From assembly GCA_001643675.2 (NCBI GenBank), contig LSRY02000003.1, forward strand, positions 2,046,001 to 2,110,000: a stretch of DNA of 64,000 nt, in the 5' to 3' direction. Each line of letters begins with the position of its first letter. Within the stretch, counting starts at the first letter, position 1. Shown piece by piece: positions 10,152 to 22,388 of this stretch. The notes under the pieces are model-generated. The model saw nothing but the letters and a program-made list of their open reading frames with translations. It was not told the origin of the DNA and searched no databases. Source of the stretch: Monocercomonoides exilis PA203 (Eukaryota > Protista > Preaxostyla). The translations under genes were made by a program, and so were the position numbers.

Positions 10152-12096
10152 CTCACTCTCATTGAATCCTTCTCATATTTTTTCCAATAAAATGTCTTTT
10201 CATATTCCTTCTCTATGTGAAGAAATTTAATCAGATGACGTAAGCGTGATGATGACGACGATGAAGTTATGTGATATTATGCTGACATATTTGAAAAAAA
10301 ATTCTGATGATGCATGAATTGCATAAGATGGTTAATCATTGGGGATTGAGAAGACCAACGAAAGCAAATAAAAACAGAGAGTTTCGCTGAAATCGTTTTT
10401 TTTTTTTTTTTTTTTCTGGTTTTTCCTTCCATTCTTGTATCTTTTCGGGCAAACAATACCCTCAGAATCCATTACACACTTCTCTTGGCCGTCTTCCTTG
10501 AGCCAGCAAGAAATAGGAATCTTATGTCAATCCCTTTTTCATTCCATCGCTTCCACTTTCGCTTCACTTCTTTCACAAAAAATCTTCTTTCCTCAAAAAC
10601 TATTCATCGCTAATGCCCAATGTCAGGCATCTTCATAATGTCTCGAATTTCACAAATCTTCTCTTTTCTCTGTCCTTCTTTCATTTTCCTTCTCTACCAT
10701 TCCCCGCTTTTCCTCTTCTCACTTCAAATATTTATTGCTATTTTTCTTCTTCTCCAAGATTACTCATCATGTCACGTTTTTTCATTTTTCCTTTCGACAG
10801 CCTGAATCAGTATACATTTCAAAAGCCACAAAAATTAATCAAAATATCACAAAATGGCTGCAAGCCTCAAAGGCGCATTGACAATTTTCTTATCCTATCA
10901 TATTTATTTGTTTGAAAGGGCCAAACTTCCTCCAGACACAATGTGTGCCTGCTTCAATCTTTTTATCTTGTTTCTTCTTCTGTGAGCTGGCTTTGGATGC
11001 GAATGCAATGATCTTCCGTTTCAAGCCATTCTGTTTGCTCCAAAACTTACACCTCGTTCTTGAGTTGTTTGTTCGTTTCCAAAACAACTTCAACAGATAT
11101 TTGGATGAATGATCGTTTCGTTGCGAAAAGCATAAATATTACTTGTGATGATTGAATTTTTTGTTCCCCAATAAATATGATGGCTTGGTGGTAATTAGTT
11201 TTATTGTCATTGTGTGAATGGCGCTTCTTCCATGAAATATATTTTTTTAAAAAAAAATTGCTCGCAATGTGTCTGAATTTCTGGTCACCATCTCGTCTTA
11301 TTTGGCTTTTATCAAAATGGAAAAAATTGTGGGTTGAAGAAAAAAAACAAACTATTCTCTCAATTTATAAAGGCCTATTATTATCCAATCTGCTTCAATT
11401 GCTTGTTTTATTGAAAATCTTTATTCTGGATTGGTGGGGAAAAAATAAAGACTGAGTTTTCATCCTCAAAAACAAATAATCAATCGAATATTCATTGTTT
11501 CTTCTTTGATTTTTTGTGAATATTTGAACAACTTTTAAAAATGTTTGTGATTTTCAAAAATAATGAAAATTTTTTTATTTTCTCACCAAGAAAAATTCTT
11601 ATTCAAAACAATTATATACTCCAAAGATGAATAAGGCTTCAGTACATGTCATGAGAATTATAAGTTACGAATAAGATTTTTTCATCACAACTGTAACTTA
11701 TTCGTTATAAATTCAGTTTTTCCAAACATGGGGACATGTTTTTTGCAATAAAATTTTTTCTTTCGAAAAACTTTCAATCTTTGAAAAATCAACACCCCGA
11801 AAAAAGTTATGATTTCAAATATAATCACCCACATCTTATCAAAGAAAATTAATCATTTCCATTTGGGGGAAAATATGGATTTTCAAGCATTTTTTGCATA
11901 AAGCATCAAAACTTTGCTTCTCCACAAACTTTTCACAACTCGCTTTTATTTTTGAATCAATCTTATTTTCACACCTGCTTATTAACATCGTTGCTGAATA
12001 AAAATGTTGAAAAAAGATGTCTTTTTTTTTCTTTCACAAAAATGATTTTGTCATTTCATTTCAATATTTTTGAAAACGAAAAACTTATCCATGGTG

Positions 12097-12472
12097 AATT
12101 TTATTTCCAGTATTATCACACGAAAATACCTGGAATTTCGTATTTTTTTCCATACTGTAACTTTCATTTGTAACAGTTCTTTTTTTAATATTCAGATGAA
12201 TATAACCTTTTTATTAACGAATTCAAAAAAGATCAAACAATGATTTCATCAAACACTTTTTATAATTATGATTTTTAATGTTATTATTTTAGATAAAAAG
12301 TGTTTAATCATGGAAATTCTATTTGGATTCATAAAATATTGAATGAATTTCAAGAAAATCATTTTCATCTGAAAATGAAAAAAGGATAATTTCTTCACTT
12401 AATGACTTTTTTGTTATTAAATAAGGAATATCAGATATATTCAATAACAATAAAAAATAAAAATAAATAAAA
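12097..12472. other. Unique 376-bp AT-rich spacer (loop) of the palindrome
   Basis: Arm homology stops after CCATGGTG on each side. The spacer has no self-complementary counterpart apart from a short gapped TTTTATTT extension. Confidence 0.93.
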
Positions 12473-14429
12473 CACCATGGATAAGTTTTTCGTTTTCAAA
12501 AATATTGAAATGAAATGACAAAATCATTTTTGTGAAAGAAAAAAAAAGACATCTTTTTTCAACATTTTTATTCAGCAACGATGTTAATAAGCAGGTGTGA
12601 AAATAAGATTGATTCAAAAATAAAAGCGAGTTGTGAAAAGTTTGTGGAGAAGCAAAGTTTTGATGCTTTATGCAAAAAATGCTTGAAAATCCATATTTTC
12701 CCCCAAATGGAAATGATTAATTTTCTTTGATAAGATGTGGGTGATTATATTTGAAATCATAACTTTTTTCGGGGTGTTGATTTTTCAAAGATTGAAAGTT
12801 TTTCGAAAGAAAAAATTTTATTGCAAAAAACATGTCCCCATGTTTGGAAAAACTGAATTTATAACGAATAAGTTACAGTTGTGATGAAAAAATCTTATTC
12901 GTAACTTATAATTCTCATGACATGTACTGAAGCCTTATTCATCTTTGGAGTATATAATTGTTTTGAATAAGAATTTTTCTTGGTGAGAAAATAAAAAAAT
13001 TTTCATTATTTTTGAAAATCACAAACATTTTTAAAAGTTGTTCAAATATTCACAAAAAAATCAAAGAAGAAACAATGAATATTCGATTGATTATTTGTTT
13101 TTGAGGATGAAAACTCAGTCTTTATTTTTTTCCCCACCAATCCAGAATAAAGATTTTCAATAAAACAAGCAATTGAAGCAGATTGGATAATAATAGGCCT
13201 TTATAAATTGAGAGAATAGTTTGTTTTTTTTCTTCAACCCACAATTTTTTCCATTTTGATAAAAGCCAAATAAGACGAGATGGTGACCAGAAATTCAGAC
13301 ACATTGCGAGCAATTTTTTTTTAAAAAAATATATTTCATGGAAGAAGCGCCATTCACACAATGACAATAAAACTAATTACCACCAAGCCATCATATTTAT
13401 TGGGGAACAAAAAATTCAATCATCACAAGTAATATTTATGCTTTTCGCAACGAAACGATCATTCATCCAAATATCTGTTGAAGTTGTTTTGGAAACGAAC
13501 AAACAACTCAAGAACGAGGTGTAAGTTTTGGAGCAAACAGAATGGCTTGAAACGGAAGATCATTGCATTCGCATCCAAAGCCAGCTCACAGAAGAAGAAA
13601 CAAGATAAAAAGATTGAAGCAGGCACACATTGTGTCTGGAGGAAGTTTGGCCCTTTCAAACAAATAAATATGATAGGATAAGAAAATTGTCAATGCGCCT
13701 TTGAGGCTTGCAGCCATTTTGTGATATTTTGATTAATTTTTGTGGCTTTTGAAATGTATACTGATTCAGGCTGTCGAAAGGAAAAATGAAAAAACGTGAC
13801 ATGATGAGTAATCTTGGAGAAGAAGAAAAATAGCAATAAATATTTGAAGTGAGAAGAGGAAAAGCGGGGAATGGTAGAGAAGGAAAATGAAAGAAGGACA
13901 GAGAAAAGAGAAGATTTGTGAAATTCGAGACATTATGAAGATGCCTGACATTGGGCATTAGCGATGAATAGTTTTTGAGGAAAGAAGATTTTTTGTGAAA
14001 GAAGTGAAGCGAAAGTGGAAGCGATGGAATGAAAAAGGGATTGACATAAGATTCCTATTTCTTGCTGGCTCAAGGAAGACGGCCAAGAGAAGTGTGTAAT
14101 GGATTCTGAGGGTATTGTTTGCCCGAAAAAGATACAAGAATGGAAGGAAAAACCAGAAAAAAAAAAAAAAAAAAAAAAAAAAAAACGATTTCAGCGAAAC
14201 TCTCTGTTTTTATTTGCTTTCGTTGGTCTTCTCAATCCCCAATGATTAACCATCTTATGCAATTCATGCATCATCAGAATTTTTTTTCAAATATGTCAGC
14301 ATAATATCACATAACTTCATCGTCGTCATCATCACGCTTACGTCATCTGATTAAATTTCTTCACATAGAGAAGGAATATGAAAAGACATTTTATTGGAAA
14401 AAATATGAGAAGGATTCAATGAGAGTGAG

Positions 14430-15400
14430 TCAGCTGTTGAAAGTCTCATAATCTGCAGTTTTATTAATCTACATTCTTTGTGTTGAGGTTGTTGAACCAC
14501 AATTCTCAAACGGAGATTGAGTGATGGCATTACCACTGAAGAACACATCATTCCCCCTGCCATTTGTTGCAGTGTTGCCATCGAAAAAACAGAATGTGAT
14601 GAATTTTACTCCATTCATCCAGGAATAAGTTGAATGATAATAAATAGCAGCGCCTCCATAAGAAGAAGAAGCAGTCAGATTGTTATTGATGAACTGACAA
14701 TCATTAACCAAAAATTGATTTGGTTTATTTTGTGGAGGCCAGCGAAATGTGAGTGAGCCGGTTGAATCTTTACCAGAATTTGCAATACACTTGCATTTGG
14801 TGAACAGGAATTGACCGTTTGAAGAAAAATCACCAATATAGAAATACCAACCAGTTCCACACCAGTTTGTTATTGAACAATTTCCCACCATGTTATCAGA
14901 AAATGAATAAACGGAAGATGATTGTTGTCCATCAATACAAATTGCTCCTCCATGAGCAGCTGAACAACTTGTGAAATTGGATTTTGCAATATTCTCATTT
15001 TGCAAACAGTAACTGTATAATGCTCCACCTACAGTATTTCCTGTGGTTGAACAATTGTTGAACGAGCAAGAAGTGATTGTGAGATTGGCATTGACACAAT
15101 AAACCTTAAGTGCACCTCCATCGCTTGACCCACCATTTGAATCATTCCATTCACACCATTCAAAGAGATAGCTATTCATGTTGAATGAGGACATTCTTTC
15201 TAATTTCAATTTTTGAGTTTCGGATCCGTTATATCTTACAAGATCATTTGGTGAAGAGAGTATTTGGTGAAGAAAAGAAATGTTGAAGGCAGAGATGGAA
15301 GTGGATGGGCTGTTGAGGTTGGGGAGAATGGTGCCATCGATGGGGTTGTGGGTGTGGAGGAAGAGGGATTAAGTGGATGGAGAGGGAGGAATTGGAGGAT
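14430..15400 (-). pseudogene. Copy C' (mirror of C)
   Basis: Identical 246-aa ORF 14469-15209 with the same stops. Confidence 0.85.
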
Positions 15401-15967
15401 CTTATTTGTCAAAAGAAAGCAGAAGAAAAGATGAAAAACCAGAAATTAACTATTTTTGCGAACATCTTCATTTTTGCTTGTCTTCATTTATCTTCACAAT
15501 TCTCAATCTTCAATCAACTCATTCTATTCATTTATCATCATCATCTTCTTCTTCTTCAACTTGTCAAAAACATATCATCCAACTTCTTCATCATCCACTT
15601 CATCAGATAAATTTCTTCACATTTGATATCTGCATCAGAGATCATGATGAAATGAAGAAAAAGATGAACTTTTGCCGCTGAAGGAAATATTCTGAAATAA
15701 GAAAGAGAGGAAAAAGTATGACAGAAAATGAAAGAAGAGGAGAAAGAGAAAGAAAAAATAAGATCCTGTTTTTTGGATATTTGATAAATGGAAAAGAGAT
15801 TGAGAGGGTTGAAGAGATTTTTGGATTAAAGAGAGAAGATGTTTCGAAGAGGAGATTCGAGTTGAATGTTGAATTTGGGAAGAAAAGTATTTGGATAAAC
15901 GGAGGGTAATTTTGAGAAGCGATATAACAAACAAGGGTGAATGACAAGATTCAGAAAAAAATAACTA

Positions 15968-17854
15968 TCAAATTTGAGAGAAAAGAAAGAATGCAAGGAG
16001 AGGAGAAAATAGAGAAAGCAAAAATAAGAGACGGAAGTTAGAAAGACATTTCATTGGAGAATTTTGAAGGAAAAGCCAAAACCTGCCAACATACTCTGTG
16101 TTTTCAACTGTTCCTGCATTCCACACTCTTTGTGTTGGAGTTGTTGATCCGCATTGCTGGAATGGAGATTGGGCTATAGAACTGCCATTGAAAAACACAT
16201 CGTTTCCTCTGCCATTTGTGGCGGAGTTGCCATCGAAGAAACAAAACGAGATGAATTTATTTCCGCTCATCCAATTTGACGTTCTTGTGCAGCACAACGC
16301 AGCACCACCGTAGGAGGATGGATTTTCGACTTTGTTGTTTATGAACTGGCAATCTTTAACCAAAAATTGATTTGGTTTATTGGTTGGAGGATAATAAAAT
16401 GTGAGTGAACCTGTTGAATCACCACCAGAATTTGAGATGCACTTGCATTTTGTGAAAAAGAATTGACCATTTGACGGAAAACCGCCAACATTAAAATACC
16501 AACCAGTTCCACACCAATTTGTGATTGAGCAATTTTCCACTCTGTTATCTGAGAATGAATAAACAGAATTTGATTGTGGGGTATATATTACAACAGCTCC
16601 TCCATGAGTGGCCGAACAACTTGTGAAATTGGATTTTGTGAGAGAGATTTTCAACAAACGATCACAACATAACGCTCCACCTGCAGTATTACCTGAACAT
16701 GAACAATTGTGAAATGAGCAAGAAGTGATAGCGAGATTGGCATTAGTGCAGTTGACTTTTAGTGCTCCACCCCAATCATTTCCTCCATTTGAATCGTTCC
16801 ATTCGCACCATTCAAATTTATGGCTGTTTGCATCAAATGAAGTCAGTCTTCCTGGTCTCTTTCTGTTGGTTTCATTTCCAACATGCACAATAGGGCCATT
16901 TGATGAAGAACGTGTTTGGTGGAGGAAAGATGTGTTGAAGGCAGAGAGAGAAGTGGCAGGGCTGTTGAGGTTGGGGAGAATGGCACCATCGATGGGATTG
17001 TGAGTGTGAATAAAGATGGTTGAGTAGATGGAGAGGGATGAGTGAAGGGAGAATGAGGGAATTGAATTGATGTTGGTATTGGTAGAAGTGGAAGTGGTTG
17101 AGGTGGTTGAGATGAAAGGATTGAGTGAGTGTGAAGGAAGAGATGGAAGTGATAGAGGGGATTGGGGAGATGAGATGTTGGAGAAGAGGGTGTTTGAGAG
17201 ATGGAGATGGAGGTGGATTTGGAGGTGGGGATGGGATTGGTAATGGTTATGGAGAGGGGAAGAGGAAGAGGAAAGGGAAGGAGAAAGGGATGGGGAAGGA
17301 GAAGAAAAAGAAGAGGATAAGGATGAGGATGAGGATGAGGAAGATGAAGGAGAAGGGGAAAGAGAAGGAGATGGAGAAGGGGATGGGGAAGAGAGGGAAG
17401 AAGGAGAAAAAAGGAAAGGCTGGATGAGGGAGATGAAGGAGGAGAAGGAGGAGTGGGAGATGGAGAAGGAGGCAGGGATTGGGGAGTGGGCATGTGAGAG
17501 GAGATTGTTTGGGGTGGAGAAGAGGGGGAAGGAGAAGATGGCAGGTTGGTGGGTGGTGAGGGAGAAGTTTGTGAGGATGACGGAGGCATGGGCAGAGAGG
17601 AAGAGGGGGCAGTGGTGGTGGTGGTTGTTGTTGGTGAGGGAAGGTGGGTGGATGGTGCAAGTGGAGGAGCAGATGGAGGCAGCGGAGTGGTGTTGGGCAG
17701 TGAGGAGTGGACAACCGCTGAGAGGGATGATGTTGAGACGGGTCACACACAAGGAGGTGTTGATGAGGGCGAAGCTTGTTTGAGCACAACAGATGGGATT
17801 GCCAGATGCATGTTTGGATGTTTTCATTTCTTTGGGTAAGTAAATATTGATCAT
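15968..17854 (-). CDS. Copy B' (mirror of B, with a divergent patch in the leader)
   Basis: 628-aa ORF that differs from B at ICSS/ISSS, TTHQPAIF/TIHQPAFL, LSHAH/LHNAH and ISHS/ISRS. Confidence 0.7.
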   Translation of the reverse strand: MINIYLPKEMKTSKHASGNPICCAQTSFALINTSLCVTRLNIIPLSGCPLLTAQHHSAASICSSTCTIHPPSLTNNNHHHHCPLFLSAHASVILTNFSLTTHQPAIFSFPLFSTPNNLLSHAHSPIPASFSISHSSFSSFISLIQPFLFSPSSLSSPSPSPSPSLSPSPSSSSSSSSSLSSSFSSPSPSLSPSLSSSSSPLHNHYQSHPHLQIHLHLHLSNTLFSNISSPQSPLSLPSLPSHSLNPFISTTSTTSTSTNTNINSIPSFSLHSSLSIYSTIFIHTHNPIDGAILPNLNSPATSLSAFNTSFLHQTRSSSNGPIVHVGNETNRKRPGRLTSFDANSHKFEWCEWNDSNGGNDWGGALKVNCTNANLAITSCSFHNCSCSGNTAGGALCCDRLLKISLTKSNFTSCSATHGGAVVIYTPQSNSVYSFSDNRVENCSITNWCGTGWYFNVGGFPSNGQFFFTKCKCISNSGGDSTGSLTFYYPPTNKPNQFLVKDCQFINNKVENPSSYGGAALCCTRTSNWMSGNKFISFCFFDGNSATNGRGNDVFFNGSSIAQSPFQQCGSTTPTQRVWNAGTVENTEYVGRFWLFLQNSPMKCLSNFRLLFLLSLFSPLLAFFLFSQI

Positions 17855-19066
17855 TTATGCACATGGCCATTCTGTTATTGCATTTTTTTTTTGAAATATA
17901 AAAGATAAAAAGTTTGGAAGTACGCGCACATATGTCAAATTTCAAAGCATTGAGTTGAATGCAACTCTTGTCTGCACCGAAGCCAGCCTATTAAATGGAT
18001 CTTAGAAGAGGACAGAAAAAGTGAAGGAAGCAAATTGTCAATACAAAAATATACTTGCATGTTTTAATGGTTTTTGAAAGAATAAATCAAGAGTTTCGTT
18101 CATCTTTATTTATGAAACTGAATTGGCAATGAACAGTTGAATGGAATAACATTCTTTTTTTTCCCCCCATAAATGTTGCTGTTGAGCATTGCTTTGAAAC
18201 TTGAAGATACCTTATCTTCTTGCTTTCCAGCCCTGTTCCATTCGGCTTATCATTTGATTTTCGAGTATTTGTCATTTTATTAAGGATGAAATCACAGTTA
18301 TTATTTTTTCCCCCTGGTATATCAGCAATTCAACCAAAGTGATTGAAAATAATTATTGTTCACATCTTTGTCATGCGATAAAAATCAGGGGGAAAAAATC
18401 AAGTGAAAAGAACTGTGAAACTTTTTGATTATGAAATGACTTTCTTCAAAAATAGTTTATAAAATTTTATCTTTTGATGATCTGCAGTTCACTGGAGAAA
18501 CAAAAGTGAAATTTTCTTTGAAAAAAAAAAAAATTAATATTATAAATAAATAAGAAAATGACGTTCAGTCAACACTTGATGAAATGCGAACAGGTGCTTT
18601 TTATTCAAATGAACAGGTTTCATTCAAGCGAAGTCGGCTCATCTTCAACAAGAATATGCTTTTTTAAAAAAGAAAAAATGAGCACAAAACAACGGTGAAC
18701 CAAAGAAAGATCAAAAAGAAATTTGAGAATAGAATGCATGCTTCACCAATCTTCAATTTGTTTCATTGTGATAAACGCAAATGACGAAATAACTTTCTGA
18801 GTGATAGAAAACAAAAAACGACACATTCCAGGCCATGAATAATTTCGTCGTTCCAAACACAAACAAATGCAAAAGAACTTCGAGCAAAACAGAACATCAT
18901 ATAAGCATCCTTTTCTTTTTCTCCCATTGCATTGCTCATTCATTCAGAAACGGCTCTCGAAAAAGAAAACTCGAAAAACGAAAAAATTAATTCAAAACAA
19001 AAATTGTTTTTTCCATCATGATTGAGCATCAGCAATGTCATTATCATTGCTGTTGTTTCAGAATAG

Positions 19067-20527
19067 CTTTCCCCTTTTCATATTGATTTTCTCATTCACA
19101 CAACTCACAATCCCATCGATGGTGCCATTCTCCCCAACCTCAACAGCCCTGTCACTTCTCTCTCTGCCTTCAACACATCTTTCCTCCACCAAACACACTC
19201 TTCACCAAATGCTGCTGTTGTGCATGTTGGAACTGAATCTCAAAGAGTGAAACCTGGAAGACTGACTTCATTTGATGAGAACAACCACAGATTCGAATGG
19301 TGCGAATGGAATGATTCAAACAGTGGGTCAAGTCGTGGTGGAGCACTTTATGTAGAATGCACAAATGCTAATCTCTCAATCACTTCCTGCTCATTTTTCA
19401 ATTGCTCAACCAGTGATCATGGAGGAGCGTTGTATTGCAATGTTTTGTTAAAAATTGATATTTCAAAATCCAATTTCACAAGTTGTCAAGCGAAGCATGG
19501 AGGAGCAGTGTTCGTTTACAATCCACAATCAAATTCTGTTTATTCATTCTCAGATAACAGAGTGGAAAGTTGTTCAATAACAAATTGGTGTGGAACTGGT
19601 TGGTATTTTAATGTTGGCGGTTTTCCGTCAAATGGTCAATTCTTTTTCACCAAATGCAAGTGCATCTCAAATTCTGGTGGTGATTCTGCTGGTTCTCTAA
19701 CATTTTATAATCCTCCAAATAACAAACCAAGTCAGTTTTTGATCAATGATTGCCAGTTTATAAACAACAAATTGACTGCCTCTGCCAATTATGGTGGTGC
19801 TGCAATTTGCTTCCTTCCACCATATTCATGGATGAATGGAGTAAAATTCATCACATTTTGTTTCTTCGATGGCAATACGGCTACAAATGGAAGAGGAAAT
19901 GATGTGTTTTTCAATGGAAGCAGCATCACCCAATCCCCATTTGAGAATTGTGGATCAACAACTTTAACAAAAAGAGTCTGGAATAACAATACAGCTGACA
20001 ATGCTGAATATAATAGCTGGCTCCCCCTCATTGCCCAGAACAAAATCGTTTCTAACAGCGGAACTGATGTCGATGTCTGTGGCAGGCCCCAACAGACCCC
20101 ATGCGCCACCATCGAGTATGCCCTCAACGGCTTCATTTCCCTCCTCCAAGACGCCTCTCTCACCCTCCTCAGTTCAACATTTGTTCCAACTCAAACACTC
20201 ACCTTCAGCGCGGTTGACACAAAAATCACTGGAAATGGCACAACTGCCACCACCATCGCCTCCAGTGGCATTCCCCAACCACCAAACTCACATTCCCAGT
20301 CATCACAATCAGCATCATCATTTTCATCGTCATCCTCATCATCATCAACATCTTCTTCGCCTGATCCATCTGCCTCGTCTGCTCTCTTCCAACAAACACA
20401 GGGCTCCCTCACAGTCTCTGCACTCACCTTCACAATTATCCTCTTTTGCCTCTTGATCATATTCCACCCCTTCTCTCCTCCTCCTCCTCCTCTCATTTTC
20501 CTCTCCATTGAAAGATTATATGAATAA
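19067..20527 (+). pseudogene. Copy A' (mirror of A)
   Basis: 435-aa ORF (GTG start) 19220-20527. The frame is open from 19067, after a TAG at 19064. Confidence 0.7.
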
Positions 20528-22388
20528 ATTTGTAGCGTTTATTATTGATTATTTATATAAGCCTTCTAAATTTTGTTCAAATGCAAAATTTCTGCAGCAT
20601 GCTTTATTTGAGATCTGTCAACCTCATTCACTGTCAAATTCAATATGAAAACATATATATGCATCTTTTGCTGAAATTTCTTGAATAATTTATCGATGCG
20701 TTATATCTTTTCTTCTTGTGGTACATATTCCTCAAAACTGAAGCAAGGAATTGGTTATCCATTTGCGCTTGCATTCAAGAAACACATTCTTCATGGAATT
20801 CGGCACTTCAAAAAAATATCACGGCCTGCTTCAAGAATGTCTTTCTTTGAAAAAGAAGATGGCGGAGCAAGCCACTAAAAATATAAATATAAATAAATAT
20901 AACAAATAAATCATTTGTAAATGCGAATTCACACTTCAACTGAATGCCCCATCTCGCAACCAGCCTAACTGATATAAATCAAAAATGCTTTTTCTGCTCT
21001 TCTTTGCCACTTATCAGACTTGCCAAACTCCAAACTGAACTTCTGCTGGATGTCAAAATCCAGAACAATGCAGCAAAGATCAACCTTCATGCTCTACAAC
21101 TATATTTTCATCACTTATGCCTTCCTCCCCAATGTCTGTCCTCATGCAACATGCCAAATTTCAAGCAGCTGTCTCCAGAAAGATTCCTTCAACGGAGCAC
21201 AAAATCGAGAAATTCAGCTGTAAGAGCTTACTAACGAACGGCGCATCAACCCTGATACTGCCCGGAAAAATGGCAAAATTCCATCCGAACCATAGGATGT
21301 GGCAGCACATCGCCAATTTGTTCCCACTTTGACGGATTCTGTCGATATTCCTTTTTTCTTTCCTTGCTTCACAGCTCCACAGTTTCACAGTTCCTTAGAT
21401 CAACATTGCTATGTGCTTTTTAATCTGCATCCACAATCCTTTAAAAAGCTGCTCAAAGCACTGCTTTCTTCAAGAAGTCACAAATTACACTCTCCGAGCT
21501 ATCGTCCCACAAGTACCCATTAAGCGCACTGCCTTCCAATGTCACTGCTCCATTTTTGCTCTGATGTTCAACGGCATTCCGCTCATTTCAACTGTTTATG
21601 CTCCATCTATTCACGTCTTTCTGACTCGTTCGCGCATTTGCCTCAAAAAGATTCAAAATTATATTTTTTAAGCTCTTCTGCTCTTTTGGCAACGAGGAAA
21701 TTATGTTTCACAACCAAACACATTTGAGATGAATTTTTTTGCTTTATGAATTTCGTTCCACTCAATAATTTCTAATTATTTTTTCTATTTCATAATTTTT
21801 CTATGTGTTTTTAAGCCTGAGAGCGAAAGACTTGTAATGAAATGATAACATAAAAATCTGGATCAAATAGTTATTTTATTCATAAATGTTCGAATTTTGC
21901 CCCATTTATAGGGGCATTATTTTTGCATTTATGAAAAAAACAAAGATTTGCTCCAAACTTTTTCCACAACCTTATCATTGTTAATCTAACATTCTCATGC
22001 AAGAAAAATAGACACAAAGAAAAAAAAATTAAGAAAAATAAAAGAAAATTTTGCGTGGAACAAAATTTATAAAGCAAAAAATTTCGTTTCAATATTAATT
22101 CATCAAAGCATCCAAACAATGGTTCGTTAACTTTTTTTAGTAAAAAATCATAATGAGAAACACACCTAAAAATATGAATATTTTTGTGCAAAGGTGTTAC
22201 GCTTCCGCTTTATTTATTTATTTATTTTGAAAATGAAATGTCATGAAAAAAAAAGGAAATGAATGAATAGAAAGAAATTTCACAAAAATTATTACATGAA
22301 ATGAAATGCATTTCCCCGCATTCGGCTTTGAAACATTTTGTAAAAAAAAAAAACAAATGATTCGTATGAATTGTTCGCTTTCTTGCCT

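Larger units (their letters stand above)
1..12096. repeat. Left arm of a giant inverted duplication (probably extends upstream of the window)
   Basis: Reverse complement of 12473-24584. Base 1 (aggcgtgtggtggtgaagc) pairs with 24584, and ...aaacttatccatggtg (ends 12096) pairs with caccatggataagttt (starts 12473). All ORFs are mirrored. Confidence 0.98.

Noticed and set aside
19035-19110. Signal-like MSLSLLLFQNSFPLFILIFSF upstream of copy A'
   Set aside because: It is out of frame with the domain in both arms, and no slippery site or intron restoring the frame is evident.
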